A stretch of 64,000 bases of DNA, taken from Guillardia theta CCMP2712. Lineage: Eukaryota; Protista; Cryptophyta. Each line of letters opens with the position of its first letter. The first letter of the stretch is position 1. The notes under the pieces were generated by a model. That model was not told where the DNA came from, made no database searches, and was given only the letters and a program-made list of their open reading frames with translations. The DNA lies in contig NW_005434538.1 in assembly GCF_000315625.1 (NCBI RefSeq), positions 14,166-78,165 on the forward strand, read 5' to 3'. Positions 1-9,854 of this stretch are shown piece by piece. The translations under genes were made by a program, and so were the position numbers.

Positions 1-504
1 ATCTTCCTGGTTTCTTCTGCTCACTATCTCCTCTTGACAGATCTTGATTTTCCATTTGTTTTCTAGTTGTGCCTTGGCTCTTTCCTCCAGCCTGTTCTCC
101 TGCTGCCGATTCTTCTTCGTATGTCCTGACCGATTCCCCTACTAAATCCCTTTCAATTCGCTTTCAGACATCCGATAAAGGCTCTGTTTGAGAATGATAT
201 ATCAATGATACATCTCTTACAAGTGCTTAACAAACCAAGTGTTGTCCGAGAGATGCCTAGCAAAGAATTAGACAGGAAAATCACTGAGAACGTTCTATGC
301 ACAGTGTTATTGTTCCTCAATTCCCTTTATTGACTAAGTCTTTGTCAGTCCAAAATGATAAGACGATACTATCTCCAGGTACACACGTCTGGATACTGAT
401 ATGTTTTGCTGCATGCTATGCATGATTTTCTTTCAACCCCTGTTCACATTGTTTATTGGTAATATCGGCAGGCTGTATAGCCATTCCAAACTGGTCACAG
501 CAAG

Positions 505-2259
505 ATGGGAGAGAATGCATGCCGGATTAAAACGCTCTGCATTGGTATTGATGCCTACAAGCATATTCCCACCTTGGACAACGCCATCCGTGACGCTACT
601 GACGTTCACAATCAGCTGGAAAGCAGCCCCGGATGCCAGGCAAATCTTCTGGTCAACCCTTCAACGAGGACGGCGATCACAAGTCAGATTTCTTCCCTCG
701 TAAGGGATCGCAAGACGAGGGGCCTGGAGCTGATATTGGTGTTCTTTGCTGGGCATGGGATGCAGCTAAGTAAAGGAGATATAGCATTGCTAACAAGTGA
801 CATCGTCCGGGCCGAGGAATCTCGAGAGACTAAGCAGAGCATGATAACAGTAGCGGATATGTTGGAGGCCCTTAGAGATGGAGCTGCTCAGAATTCAGAC
901 AGGATTCCTCCTTTGCTGGTTATCATCGATGCCTGTCGAGACTCCAAGAGAAGCGCGTGGATGGGGATGGAGAGGTTGGAGCATGAAGGATCCAACTTGA
1001 CCCAAAGAATGCGAGTGTCGCTGTGCCTATCGTGCAGCAGAGGTCAACAAGCATCGGACGAATCAGCATTCCTCAAAGATCTTCTTGACAGCGAGCTAGG
1101 AATGTTTGCTCAGAATCGAAGACTCAAACTCGCCATAGAATACGCGGTGCGGATGAGCTACGACAGAGAACAAGGAAAGTATGGTCAGTATGCAAGGACA
1201 TTATGTACGGAACTCATTCCAGACAAGCTCTGTATCAGAAATGATAAGACGGTAGCAGCAGACCTGCAACAGATAACGATGGGAGTGGAAAGCTTGATTC
1301 AAAGCGAGGGGATGCAGCCAGACAGTACAGACTCGGGGGTGCAGGTTGTAGCAGCGTACAGTCCTGCAGCAACACGAACAGGAGCAGATGTTTTCCGAGA
1401 AAGTCTCCTCCAGCTCGTAAGAAAAAGCCTTTTTAGCTTGCAAGATAAGGGTCCACGATGGAAAATATGCTCGATGTTCCTTTTGGTGTTCCTGAGCAAC
1501 AAGGGCACGACGTACAAAAAACAAGGTGACCGAGGATTCTTTCATGCCTTTGCAAAGAAGAAGCTTGGGCCTGAGCTGATCAAAAAAGTTGAGAAGGCCA
1601 TGGTTGCCGATGAGATCTGGTCAGAGAAACTGGAGCGATGGATACGAGAGGAGTACGGGGAGATTGACAGGAAGAAGATGGTGACAGCAGCTATTGATTT
1701 CACAGTGCGCGAGGAGATTAGAAGCTCATTGGGACATATGGAAGAGGAGGCGGATACAGAAATTAGCTGGTGGGAGGGGGAGGTCTGCCTTGCAGATCAC
1801 TACAGTAAGGGGGAAAAAGAACAAGAGGAGGCACTAGACCTTGCGGAAGAATATCTCAAAGACAAGATAACCGCTGACCAAGAAGGGGGCCTAAGCCCTC
1901 TGCTTGCTGTTCACGTTCTGACTCGAGTCGTCGAGACCGGCAGCTGCGTTGCGTTCTTGAAGATGACAAGATTGAGCAGCGCTTGTATGTCAGTGATGCT
2001 TGCGAAGAGCGTCCGAGAGGTTCTAGGCGGGAATGGAAAAGAGGGCTTGTTTCGAACATGGATCAGCAGCAGCGGTTGGCTGAGCGGACCTCGTGAGTAC
2101 GGGGAGATGGAGGAGAGGATGGAAGCGAAGGAGGTAGAGATGCTTCGGACCCTGCTGCTCACCGTCGGGGGAGGTGTGTCGAAATTCATTGATTGGAAGA
2201 AATTGGAGCAACCAGGTACTAAACAACCTCTTCGTTGCCCATCTCAATCAACATACTGA
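505..2259 (+). CDS. Caspase-like (peptidase C14, metacaspase/orthocaspase-type) domain protein, copy 1; probably the first large exon of a longer gene
   Basis: N-terminal TLCIGIDAY...LDNAIRDA, catalytic His motif VFFAGHG (His codon 754-756), catalytic Cys motif IIDACR (Cys codon 934-936), then SCSRGQQASD. A likely donor at 2216 (CAG|GTACT) lies before the ORF stop. Confidence 0.88.
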   Translation: MGENACRIKTLCIGIDAYKHIPTLDNAIRDATDVHNQLESSPGCQANLLVNPSTRTAITSQISSLVRDRKTRGLELILVFFAGHGMQLSKGDIALLTSDIVRAEESRETKQSMITVADMLEALRDGAAQNSDRIPPLLVIIDACRDSKRSAWMGMERLEHEGSNLTQRMRVSLCLSCSRGQQASDESAFLKDLLDSELGMFAQNRRLKLAIEYAVRMSYDREQGKYGQYARTLCTELIPDKLCIRNDKTVAADLQQITMGVESLIQSEGMQPDSTDSGVQVVAAYSPAATRTGADVFRESLLQLVRKSLFSLQDKGPRWKICSMFLLVFLSNKGTTYKKQGDRGFFHAFAKKKLGPELIKKVEKAMVADEIWSEKLERWIREEYGEIDRKKMVTAAIDFTVREEIRSSLGHMEEEADTEISWWEGEVCLADHYSKGEKEQEEALDLAEEYLKDKITADQEGGLSPLLAVHVLTRVVETGSCVAFLKMTRLSSACMSVMLAKSVREVLGGNGKEGLFRTWISSSGWLSGPREYGEMEERMEAKEVEMLRTLLLTVGGGVSKFIDWKKLEQPGTKQPLRCPSQSTY

Positions 2260-2848
2260 AATCATGTGGGGCAGGATCGATAACAATCTTGCCTCAAAGA
2301 AAAGGTCAAGCGTTTGATGGACTTGAACGAGAGGAGTATGACCTGAACTTCTAGATCGAAAATCTCTTGAAGATTCGAAACCAAACATCACAATGGAAAA
2401 AGTGCGTAAAGATTTGCCGTTTCATTTTGTTGTCTAGATAACTTTCTTTCTTATTTGTGGTTTCAACAGGTCGACCCTGTGAAGAAAGTGACATATCGAG
2501 AAGAGAAAGTTCCTGCCAAGACTAGCAAGAAATTGAGTGCTGACTCTGCTGGGGTCCAAGAAACCCAACTTGCAGGGTAAGCGAACTGTAGAACTACCAT
2601 TTTTTCATGCCTTCTAGCATTTTGTTTTGTTCACAATGTGGAAGAGGCCGATTACCTGAGGAACTGGAGAGAATTCTCACGCGAAGAAAGCACAAGAGAA
2701 GGGTCCAGTGTAGTGAGAAAACAAGATGGCTTGTTTTTTGAAATTTTCTTAGATTTGATCATCATAATCTCTTAGATATTTTCAAAGTCTACCAGCAGAT
2801 TTAGCAACGGGTAGATTAGAGAGAAACCTTGATTCTTCAAGAGAAGCT

Positions 2849-5695
2849 TTGTTTGCGAACATCCATTTTGACACTTTTGTTTACTTGGCCAGGTCAATGC
2901 TTTCAGTGAAAATGGAAATCGAAGAAAGCTTCGATGGGGCAGGTATCGGAATTTCCGTTGGCGTCGACGGAGAAACCAGCATATGGATGGAGAAGATTTG
3001 TCAAGATTTGAAGGTTGACTTGAAGAGGCTTGAAGCTCACGAATGTGCTTTTTACTCAGACCAGTCTCTCGAACATCAGAGCATGATGACAGACATTTGG
3101 TTTTTTCCCCAGCTGGTGACTGCCTTGCAAAAACGCCTGACCGAAAAAGAAATCGATGTCCTCGACTGTCTTGACGAAGCCAAAGAATCCGAGAATAAAG
3201 CTCTGCGAAAGCGCGAGTTGTTGGAAGGCGCAGCCATCATGGCGCACGCACTCGGTATGAATCAGAAAGAAAAGAATGATCTGATAGGTCTAGCTCTGCG
3301 TATGCGAGGGAAAGAACAAGTCTACAGATGTATGACAAAGTCGACTCAACAACGGACAGAAAGATGGACTTGGCAGAGTTTGAACGCTGATGGCAGTTTC
3401 AGGTTCGTCGAAGTATTTGTGGGAAGTGAAGGCGAAGGTCCTTCCGTTCCTGCAGATAGTAAATCCAGCAGAATACAGATGATTCGCATCAATGAAGGAC
3501 AAGAGCTGGAAGATCGCACCATTGGCTTTCTTATCATCATGCGTCAAACAGCAGACATTGAGTTGTTGGGTAAAGAGCTCAACCTGCTCAGCGAAGCTGA
3601 GCAGAGGCAGGAGGTCTCAGACCGACCATGCAGGATTGAGCTTCAAGGTGCAGGAGACTGTAAGGGACATAAATCAAAGATCGAGATTATCCAGCAGGAT
3701 CTTGAGCAACTCACTCCAGCAGAGTTTGAGAAGCGTGTGAAGGAAGCCTTCGAGTCTGAGGAGTTCACCAAGCCATGTCGAGTGAGAGGAATCGAGAGGA
3801 TCGTCAAGATCGAGATACTCGATGATGGGTTTGGGGGCAAAAAGACGTTTGATCGTCAAGACACGGGTTACTTTCAAGCCATATCGGAGCGATACAACAA
3901 GCAGAGGTCAAACCAAGACCCTGAGCTCGGGCTTCAGCTGGTGATCAAGATGAGGGTCGAGGCGTCGGTGCTTCCGTCATCTGAAGATATTCTAGAGACG
4001 CTTCGACCGCTCGACGCCTCAGAGATCGAGACGGATGCTCGTGCGTTAGGGAGAGTGTTTCCGGAGCAGAAGGCGGTAGCCGGCCGGATCTTGAACCGAC
4101 TCAAGTTTGTGTTGCAGGAGGAGAAGATGAGCCTGAGAGACTTTGAGAAGCTTGACTTTGCGATTCTTGTTCCGAACTTCTTGACCCTCAAGCAGCAGAC
4201 CGAAGCACGCATGCTCGAGACCTTGTTCTCCGATATGACCTCAGACAGAGAGTGTAACAAGGTCGTTGCTCATCAAGCACCTGCGGCGGAGCAGCTGAGA
4301 AAGAAGATTCTGAGCATATCAGACAAGACGCTGTTTGTGCTGATCTCCGATGAGTCGCATTGGGCGTTGAACAAAGGCAGCCCTCAAGACCTGATTATCA
4401 ATGATCCAAACCTGGTGAAGAAGAAGAACTTCATAGTGTTGCAAGTCAGCGCTACACCGTACCCAAACCTCACCCTCCACAGTAGGATACCCGAGAAGTA
4501 CGTGAAGTTCGAGGAGGATGATCCTTACAAGCCGGTGCAAGAAGCGAAGGAGCGAAGGGTTGGCAAGTTTGATGAGGAGCTGCACGTGATCAAGTGGAAG
4601 TTGAGATCGCGGAGATACCGGACGATATACTTTCGGTTTGAAGACTTCCTGCGAACTTTGCCGTCTTATGTCTTAGATGAGTGTATCCTACCCGGTGAAG
4701 AGGCTTCTGCAGACGATCAAGCTCGAGAGGACGTGCGGAATCAACTCATCCGTCGAGAAAACAACCTGATCAGCACGCTGATGGAGTCCGTCAAAGTTTC
4801 GAGGAAGAAGAAGGAAGAAGAAGAAGCCGTCAGGGAGCATGTCTGGCTCGCAGACTTTATCCTTTCGATGCTCTACTTTCACAAAGTCCGTTGGGACCGA
4901 AGCACTGGCAGGCTGAAGAGTGTTGCTGACGACTTGCACAACATCACTCTGAAAGATCTGGAGAAGTTGAAGCTCGAGGAAGAATACATGACAATAGCAA
5001 ACCAGTGTAAGTCAAGTGGAGCTAGACAAGCTTGTGCGAAGCTGCGGGAGCGAGTCAAGGAGACCCTGAAGGAGGAGAGAAGTGGGAGTGCGGCTCGGGA
5101 TTGTATCGCCGAGGTGTTCTACATCAAACTGAAGTCAGAGGCCAAGGAAGAAAGTGTTGAAGTGAATGATGACGACTCGTTCATGGAGGCAGACGACTAC
5201 TTCCAATTCAATGAGACAGATAGAATAGTCAAGGATCTTCTAAGCAATCGCACGCATAACGGAGGTCTTTACGGACATATGAAAGTAGTCCGCATGTTTA
5301 GCATCAAGCTGGCCGATCAGGTTTGTGAGGAGCTGAAGCGAATACGCAAATCCTTGTTTGGAGATTCGGTATTCGCGGTCATCGAAGACTACGGAGGGTC
5401 TGAGCTGTACGACTGCATTGAAACTCAGTTTCGAGATCAGCCGCTGACCTACGACAAGGACAAAGCACCTCGCTCTATCAACTCGCTCATTCAAGGCAGA
5501 GCGCGTGGAAAGAAGTTGACGAGCCTGAACTACAAGGACCTTGAGGGACTCCCGTGTATCTTGTTCCTGATCGAGAAGGGCCGCATGGGCGACACGTTCC
5601 CGCACTCCTTCGATTGTCTTGACTTGCGCGTGCGCTCGTCTGACAACACGACGACGCTGATCCAGGTGCGACCTCTTGTCGCCTCGTGTACTTGA
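2849..5695 (+). CDS. GREB1-like protein copy 1, exon carrying SF2 helicase motifs II-V
   Basis: FAILVP (motif Ia-like), LISDESH (DExH, 4349-4360), QVSATP (motif III, ~4448), EKGRMGDTFP (motif V, ~5573). Intron 5666-5740 (GTGCG...CTGAC...TGCAG) joins in frame to give LIQ|EMGRLCR (motif VI). Confidence 0.85.
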   Translation: MFANIHFDTFVYLARSMLSVKMEIEESFDGAGIGISVGVDGETSIWMEKICQDLKVDLKRLEAHECAFYSDQSLEHQSMMTDIWFFPQLVTALQKRLTEKEIDVLDCLDEAKESENKALRKRELLEGAAIMAHALGMNQKEKNDLIGLALRMRGKEQVYRCMTKSTQQRTERWTWQSLNADGSFRFVEVFVGSEGEGPSVPADSKSSRIQMIRINEGQELEDRTIGFLIIMRQTADIELLGKELNLLSEAEQRQEVSDRPCRIELQGAGDCKGHKSKIEIIQQDLEQLTPAEFEKRVKEAFESEEFTKPCRVRGIERIVKIEILDDGFGGKKTFDRQDTGYFQAISERYNKQRSNQDPELGLQLVIKMRVEASVLPSSEDILETLRPLDASEIETDARALGRVFPEQKAVAGRILNRLKFVLQEEKMSLRDFEKLDFAILVPNFLTLKQQTEARMLETLFSDMTSDRECNKVVAHQAPAAEQLRKKILSISDKTLFVLISDESHWALNKGSPQDLIINDPNLVKKKNFIVLQVSATPYPNLTLHSRIPEKYVKFEEDDPYKPVQEAKERRVGKFDEELHVIKWKLRSRRYRTIYFRFEDFLRTLPSYVLDECILPGEEASADDQAREDVRNQLIRRENNLISTLMESVKVSRKKKEEEEAVREHVWLADFILSMLYFHKVRWDRSTGRLKSVADDLHNITLKDLEKLKLEEEYMTIANQCKSSGARQACAKLRERVKETLKEERSGSAARDCIAEVFYIKLKSEAKEESVEVNDDDSFMEADDYFQFNETDRIVKDLLSNRTHNGGLYGHMKVVRMFSIKLADQVCEELKRIRKSLFGDSVFAVIEDYGGSELYDCIETQFRDQPLTYDKDKAPRSINSLIQGRARGKKLTSLNYKDLEGLPCILFLIEKGRMGDTFPHSFDCLDLRVRSSDNTTTLIQVRPLVASCT

Positions 5696-5725
5696 CCGCG
5701 GGGTCCTCAACCTCCTCCTACTGAC

Positions 5726-8700
5726 TTGAACGTGCTGCAGGAGATGGGCAGACTCTGTCGCTACCCGACTTTGCGTGAGGAGCACCGCTTCGAGACATCG
5801 GAGGAGGCGGTGCAGGTAGCAAAGGAGAAGAGATGGTTCGAAGGGAAGGGACGGCCGATCGTTGTGTATGCGAATGCTGCAGACGATGAAGTGGATCTTT
5901 CACAAGGTCTCGATGGGAAGCGACTCATTGGGATAGCGTGGAGCTTGTCCAGCTGGACTCAGAAAAGTATTCTGCAGGTCGTGGAACGTGGCAAGACCTT
6001 GTCGCCTGGAAGGAGAGGTGAAGAAGATTGGTACACGCTGGATCGGAATGTTGACAGAAGCGCCCAAGCATCAATGGCTGAGGATCTGAAAGGCTGTATG
6101 CTCATTCGCTTCCCCGCAAGTACCATGAACAGACGAGCAGTACCATGGGGAGACGTTCAGTGTCTCAAGATAACAGAGTCTCGAAGAAAGGACGATGAGA
6201 CGAAGATCAGAGTCCAGGACATTTCTCAAGTTAAGAAATACAATAACTTTGGTCCAGATAGCACGTACATAATCGTGCGGGACAGCGCAAGCTTGGCTTG
6301 GCTAGCTAGCAGGCACAGCTGCCCTCACGGAGGAGTGCTGAAGGAGCTGGAGCATGACCTCCCGTCTGCCCTCGTGAGCTCCTCCTTGTACGACACGCTC
6401 ATGAAAGCAGTGGAGACAGCTGAATACTGCAGCAAAGAGATCTGGGAATGCATCCGACTCAGCCCACAACTTCACACGCACATGAAGCGAAAAGACGACA
6501 GGGGTCAGCTGGTCATCAGCTACCAGAAGAACGATCTGCATGACTACAGGAATCGACACGTGGCCGTGACGCGAGCAAAGGCTGAGGGAGAAGGCTCCAA
6601 GAGAGTCAAAGTCAATCATTGCGACTGGTGTCAAGACCACACGAAAAGAAGACAGCATCAGCTTCGCTTTCTTTTACATGCAGAGTGTCAGATCGGCAAG
6701 ACAGGAGCGTATCTGCACCTTCTCAACCTTCTCAGGAGAGAAGTTGGTCTGAGAGCTGACAGTGAGTATGCCTGCATACCTCAAATACGACCAGAGGATT
6801 ACCCGATAAAGGTTGAGTTCCAAACTCGCCTTGCCTGGGAGATGCCGTTCTGGCGGGATCTAGCTGGGCAGAAGCTTGGTCTTTTCAAGATGAAGGAGGG
6901 GAAATATCACAAGATGGTGATCTTTCAGCGCCTGAGGCTTCTGGCCAAGTGTCTGCGAGACAGTCGTGGCCGGTCGTCATGGCAGCAGCTGTACTGTAAT
7001 GGACTGCTGGCTCCAGCGTCAAGCCAGAACGCTGAAGGCGAGTGCATACAAGTGAAGGAGAAAGTCATTCGTCTCCTAAAGAAAGTGTCGAAGAGTAACA
7101 GCAGTCCGATCGAGATCATCTCAGAAGGAGCTGAAGTCAAGCTGAAGATCTTAGACTTTGAGAGGCTGAGAGACATCGTCGAGTGGGACAGGGAAGACAG
7201 CATGCCTTCTATCGTTGCAGACATGAGGAAAACAGGATTGAAAACTCGATCTGGTGAAACTCTGCTCCAATCAAACCAGGACAAGAGCGAGCTCAGTCTC
7301 TCTGCCTTGGGTTCGAAAACAGACCTACAGAACATTGCATGGGAGGGCAGGGAAACGACGGCTGGGACCTCCTCAGGACTCGCGACAGGGCAAGTGAAGA
7401 ATGATTTCCCTGCGCGATGCCTCTGCCTCCACACGCTCCCAGAGAAGACCAAGGTGAAGCTGCTGCGACTGTCGCCGATCATGAGAGGCGTGAGGATAGC
7501 TCGCTTGTTTGGAGACGACGAGCGTCGATGGCCGAGGATTTCCTTTCCTTTTGGAGAAGAACAAGTGTCACGGTATTTCTCGCTCAGGGACGGGAGAGTG
7601 AATGGCGCTTTTGAGCTTCAAGGGGAGAAAGCTATCCGCAACTGGGTGATGACTGCTTCTTACAAGCGAGACGCTGCCGGCAGCATCCAGACAGGGCGAG
7701 CTGCATTTCTTGATCGATCGAGCGCCTTCAAAGAGGGAGACCGCGACGTACCTGTACGGCAGATGTTGCTTGTACGACCGGATGACGGCGAGGGAGACGG
7801 GCAGTTCTCGAGCTACGTCAGCGAGGTAGGAAGCGAGTACATCGTGGTCGCTCTGTCGCACGAGATGATTCTGAGCGAGGCTGTAAGCGAGCTGGGCTTT
7901 CGCTCTGAGCAGTTTGAGCACCAGATGCCCGATGACGGAAAGCTTCGCCTGACCCCTCAGGACGGAGGGATAGGATACGCGAGGCTGTTCGCCCAGCTGT
8001 TCGCGCATCTGCTGGGCCTGGAGAGAGTCTGGATGATCGACGACAACGTTCTCGATTGCTACCAGCTGGACCTGAGCAAGATGTTTGCAAGCGACCCGCC
8101 GCTACTTCACCCGCCTATTGCTTGCTCGTTTGCGACGATAATGCTGCAGATGCAGGATATGATCAGTGATGCACCCAAGTCATCTGAAGAGATATGCCGC
8201 CATCACCGCAAGCAAGGGAAGGGACAAGCGTGTCCGAAGACAGAAGGCTTCTTCGATCATGAGTCGAGCATGACAACCAAGAGCTGTCAGGCTGTGCGAG
8301 GAGCTGCGGCTAAAGCTGCTGCCATGGAGCGAGGAGTCAAGAGCACGCCTGATATCTCTACAATACAGGATGTCCGCGGGAACACGGACGGCTATGCAGT
8401 GATCGGGATGCGACGAGATGTGAACGTGTTCATGAAAAGCAGTGTTCCCTTCAAGATAACTCACAGCGTCTACTCGTTCTTCTTGCTGAATGTCAAGTCG
8501 ACGATTGGCAAGGGAGTTTTGTTTCCACCCAAGAAGGTGTGGGAGGACGTGGATTTCAACAACCTGTGCGAGGAGGCGGGTCTGGCAGTGCTGAAGGTGA
8601 ACCGCTTCTTTCATCACAAGCAGCACCGCAGCCTTCATGACAGGCTGGAGGTTGACGGTCAGCCTGAGGCCTGCGAGGTTGTTTGTCGGGTGCATGTGAA

Positions 8701-9643
8701 TGGTCGACAGATCTTCAACGTTGCATGTGGTAGCGAGATGTCAACTCTGAGTGATGTGTACGAGACTATCGTCAAGAGGCTGAAAAGGTTGTATCCGCAG
8801 TCAGACATCAAGAAGGTCACTTGCAGGATACAAGGCGGAGACATCAGCTTTGCCTACAAGGAGAGTTACAGGGACATCAAGGAGCTGGAAGGTCAAGAAA
8901 TGTGCGAGGCAGTGTACTTGGATGTATTGTTTCCATATGAGGCCCGTGAAAGAATGCAAGTCGATGAAGCTATCGTGACGACAAGTACTTCCAAGGCCTC
9001 GATACCCTTCCTTGTGAGCCTGGTAGAGAGTCAAAGGAATATTTTCTACTATCCTCCAAGATATGAAATGGACGAGTCTGAAGGTGACCAGCCTTTCTTT
9101 GCAGAGGTCCCTGCAGGCAGAAAGTGGAACGAGTTTTCAGATACCAATCTCCGGAATGTCAAACTCAAGGAGATAAATGTCATGTGGGACGACGTCGAAG
9201 AGTACAAACGGTTCTTCAACATCGTTCGGAACCTGCTGCGAGATAAGGAATGTATCAGAAAGATCAACTTGATCCTCCCCGCCAAGGCGTATGAAACCAT
9301 GAAGGAGAAGATAGACGACAAGATCAAAAACCTTCGCATCGGAAAGATGACCAAGACTTGGACCACTGTGTTGCCTTGCAAGGAGGACGCGAGTCAAGAG
9401 GACGATGTTGACATGATAGAGGCATCACAATCAGACAATGCCGAGAGTACGATGGACTTTGTCGTCATCTGCTGCAGTAGCGAGGAGGAGAAGAAGGTCT
9501 GTCTAGCAGCTCCATCTTGTCTTACCAGCGTCGATCCTAATCAGAATGTGTCAGGCTGCTCAAGACAAGGGGGAGGGGCAACGAGCCGTAAGCCTGCATC
9601 TCGCTTGTGTCGCTCGCTGACGAGAGTAGCAGGAGGCAGATGA
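5726..9643 (+). CDS. GREB1-like protein copy 1, exon carrying helicase motif VI, the permuted Walker A and a TAGT-type glycosyltransferase
   Basis: QEMGRLCR; LLHAECQIGKTGAYLHLL (~6670-6725), matching the GREB1 QIGKTGAYL signature as recalled. GT-A motifs GGIGYAR, WMIDDN, VYSFFLLN and WEDVDFNNLCEEAGLAVLKVNRFFHHK. The true exon is likely 5741-9496. Confidence 0.85.
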   Translation: MNVLQEMGRLCRYPTLREEHRFETSEEAVQVAKEKRWFEGKGRPIVVYANAADDEVDLSQGLDGKRLIGIAWSLSSWTQKSILQVVERGKTLSPGRRGEEDWYTLDRNVDRSAQASMAEDLKGCMLIRFPASTMNRRAVPWGDVQCLKITESRRKDDETKIRVQDISQVKKYNNFGPDSTYIIVRDSASLAWLASRHSCPHGGVLKELEHDLPSALVSSSLYDTLMKAVETAEYCSKEIWECIRLSPQLHTHMKRKDDRGQLVISYQKNDLHDYRNRHVAVTRAKAEGEGSKRVKVNHCDWCQDHTKRRQHQLRFLLHAECQIGKTGAYLHLLNLLRREVGLRADSEYACIPQIRPEDYPIKVEFQTRLAWEMPFWRDLAGQKLGLFKMKEGKYHKMVIFQRLRLLAKCLRDSRGRSSWQQLYCNGLLAPASSQNAEGECIQVKEKVIRLLKKVSKSNSSPIEIISEGAEVKLKILDFERLRDIVEWDREDSMPSIVADMRKTGLKTRSGETLLQSNQDKSELSLSALGSKTDLQNIAWEGRETTAGTSSGLATGQVKNDFPARCLCLHTLPEKTKVKLLRLSPIMRGVRIARLFGDDERRWPRISFPFGEEQVSRYFSLRDGRVNGAFELQGEKAIRNWVMTASYKRDAAGSIQTGRAAFLDRSSAFKEGDRDVPVRQMLLVRPDDGEGDGQFSSYVSEVGSEYIVVALSHEMILSEAVSELGFRSEQFEHQMPDDGKLRLTPQDGGIGYARLFAQLFAHLLGLERVWMIDDNVLDCYQLDLSKMFASDPPLLHPPIACSFATIMLQMQDMISDAPKSSEEICRHHRKQGKGQACPKTEGFFDHESSMTTKSCQAVRGAAAKAAAMERGVKSTPDISTIQDVRGNTDGYAVIGMRRDVNVFMKSSVPFKITHSVYSFFLLNVKSTIGKGVLFPPKKVWEDVDFNNLCEEAGLAVLKVNRFFHHKQHRSLHDRLEVDGQPEACEVVCRVHVNGRQIFNVACGSEMSTLSDVYETIVKRLKRLYPQSDIKKVTCRIQGGDISFAYKESYRDIKELEGQEMCEAVYLDVLFPYEARERMQVDEAIVTTSTSKASIPFLVSLVESQRNIFYYPPRYEMDESEGDQPFFAEVPAGRKWNEFSDTNLRNVKLKEINVMWDDVEEYKRFFNIVRNLLRDKECIRKINLILPAKAYETMKEKIDDKIKNLRIGKMTKTWTTVLPCKEDASQEDDVDMIEASQSDNAESTMDFVVICCSSEEEKKVCLAAPSCLTSVDPNQNVSGCSRQGGGATSRKPASRLCRSLTRVAGGR

Positions 9644-9854
9644 AGCGAAGCAGCAGGAGGCGAAGCAGCAGGAGGCAAAGCGACAGGAGGCGAAGCAGCA
9701 GGAGGCGAAGCGACAGGCTGAGGAGGAGAGCAGCGACTCATCCAAGAAGCCCAAGACTGAGGAGCCGGAGAAGAGGAAGAGCTCTGAACCTCCAGTAGGG
9801 GAGAGTCCTGCGAAGAAGGTGAGAGCGAGGCTGTCAGTCAGTCGCTGCTGACGT

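Noticed and set aside
3829-3850. GFGGKKT as the helicase Walker A
   Set aside because: It lacks GxxxxGK[T/S] geometry and changes to GGRKT in copy 2. The conserved QIGKT at ~6689 is the better P-loop.
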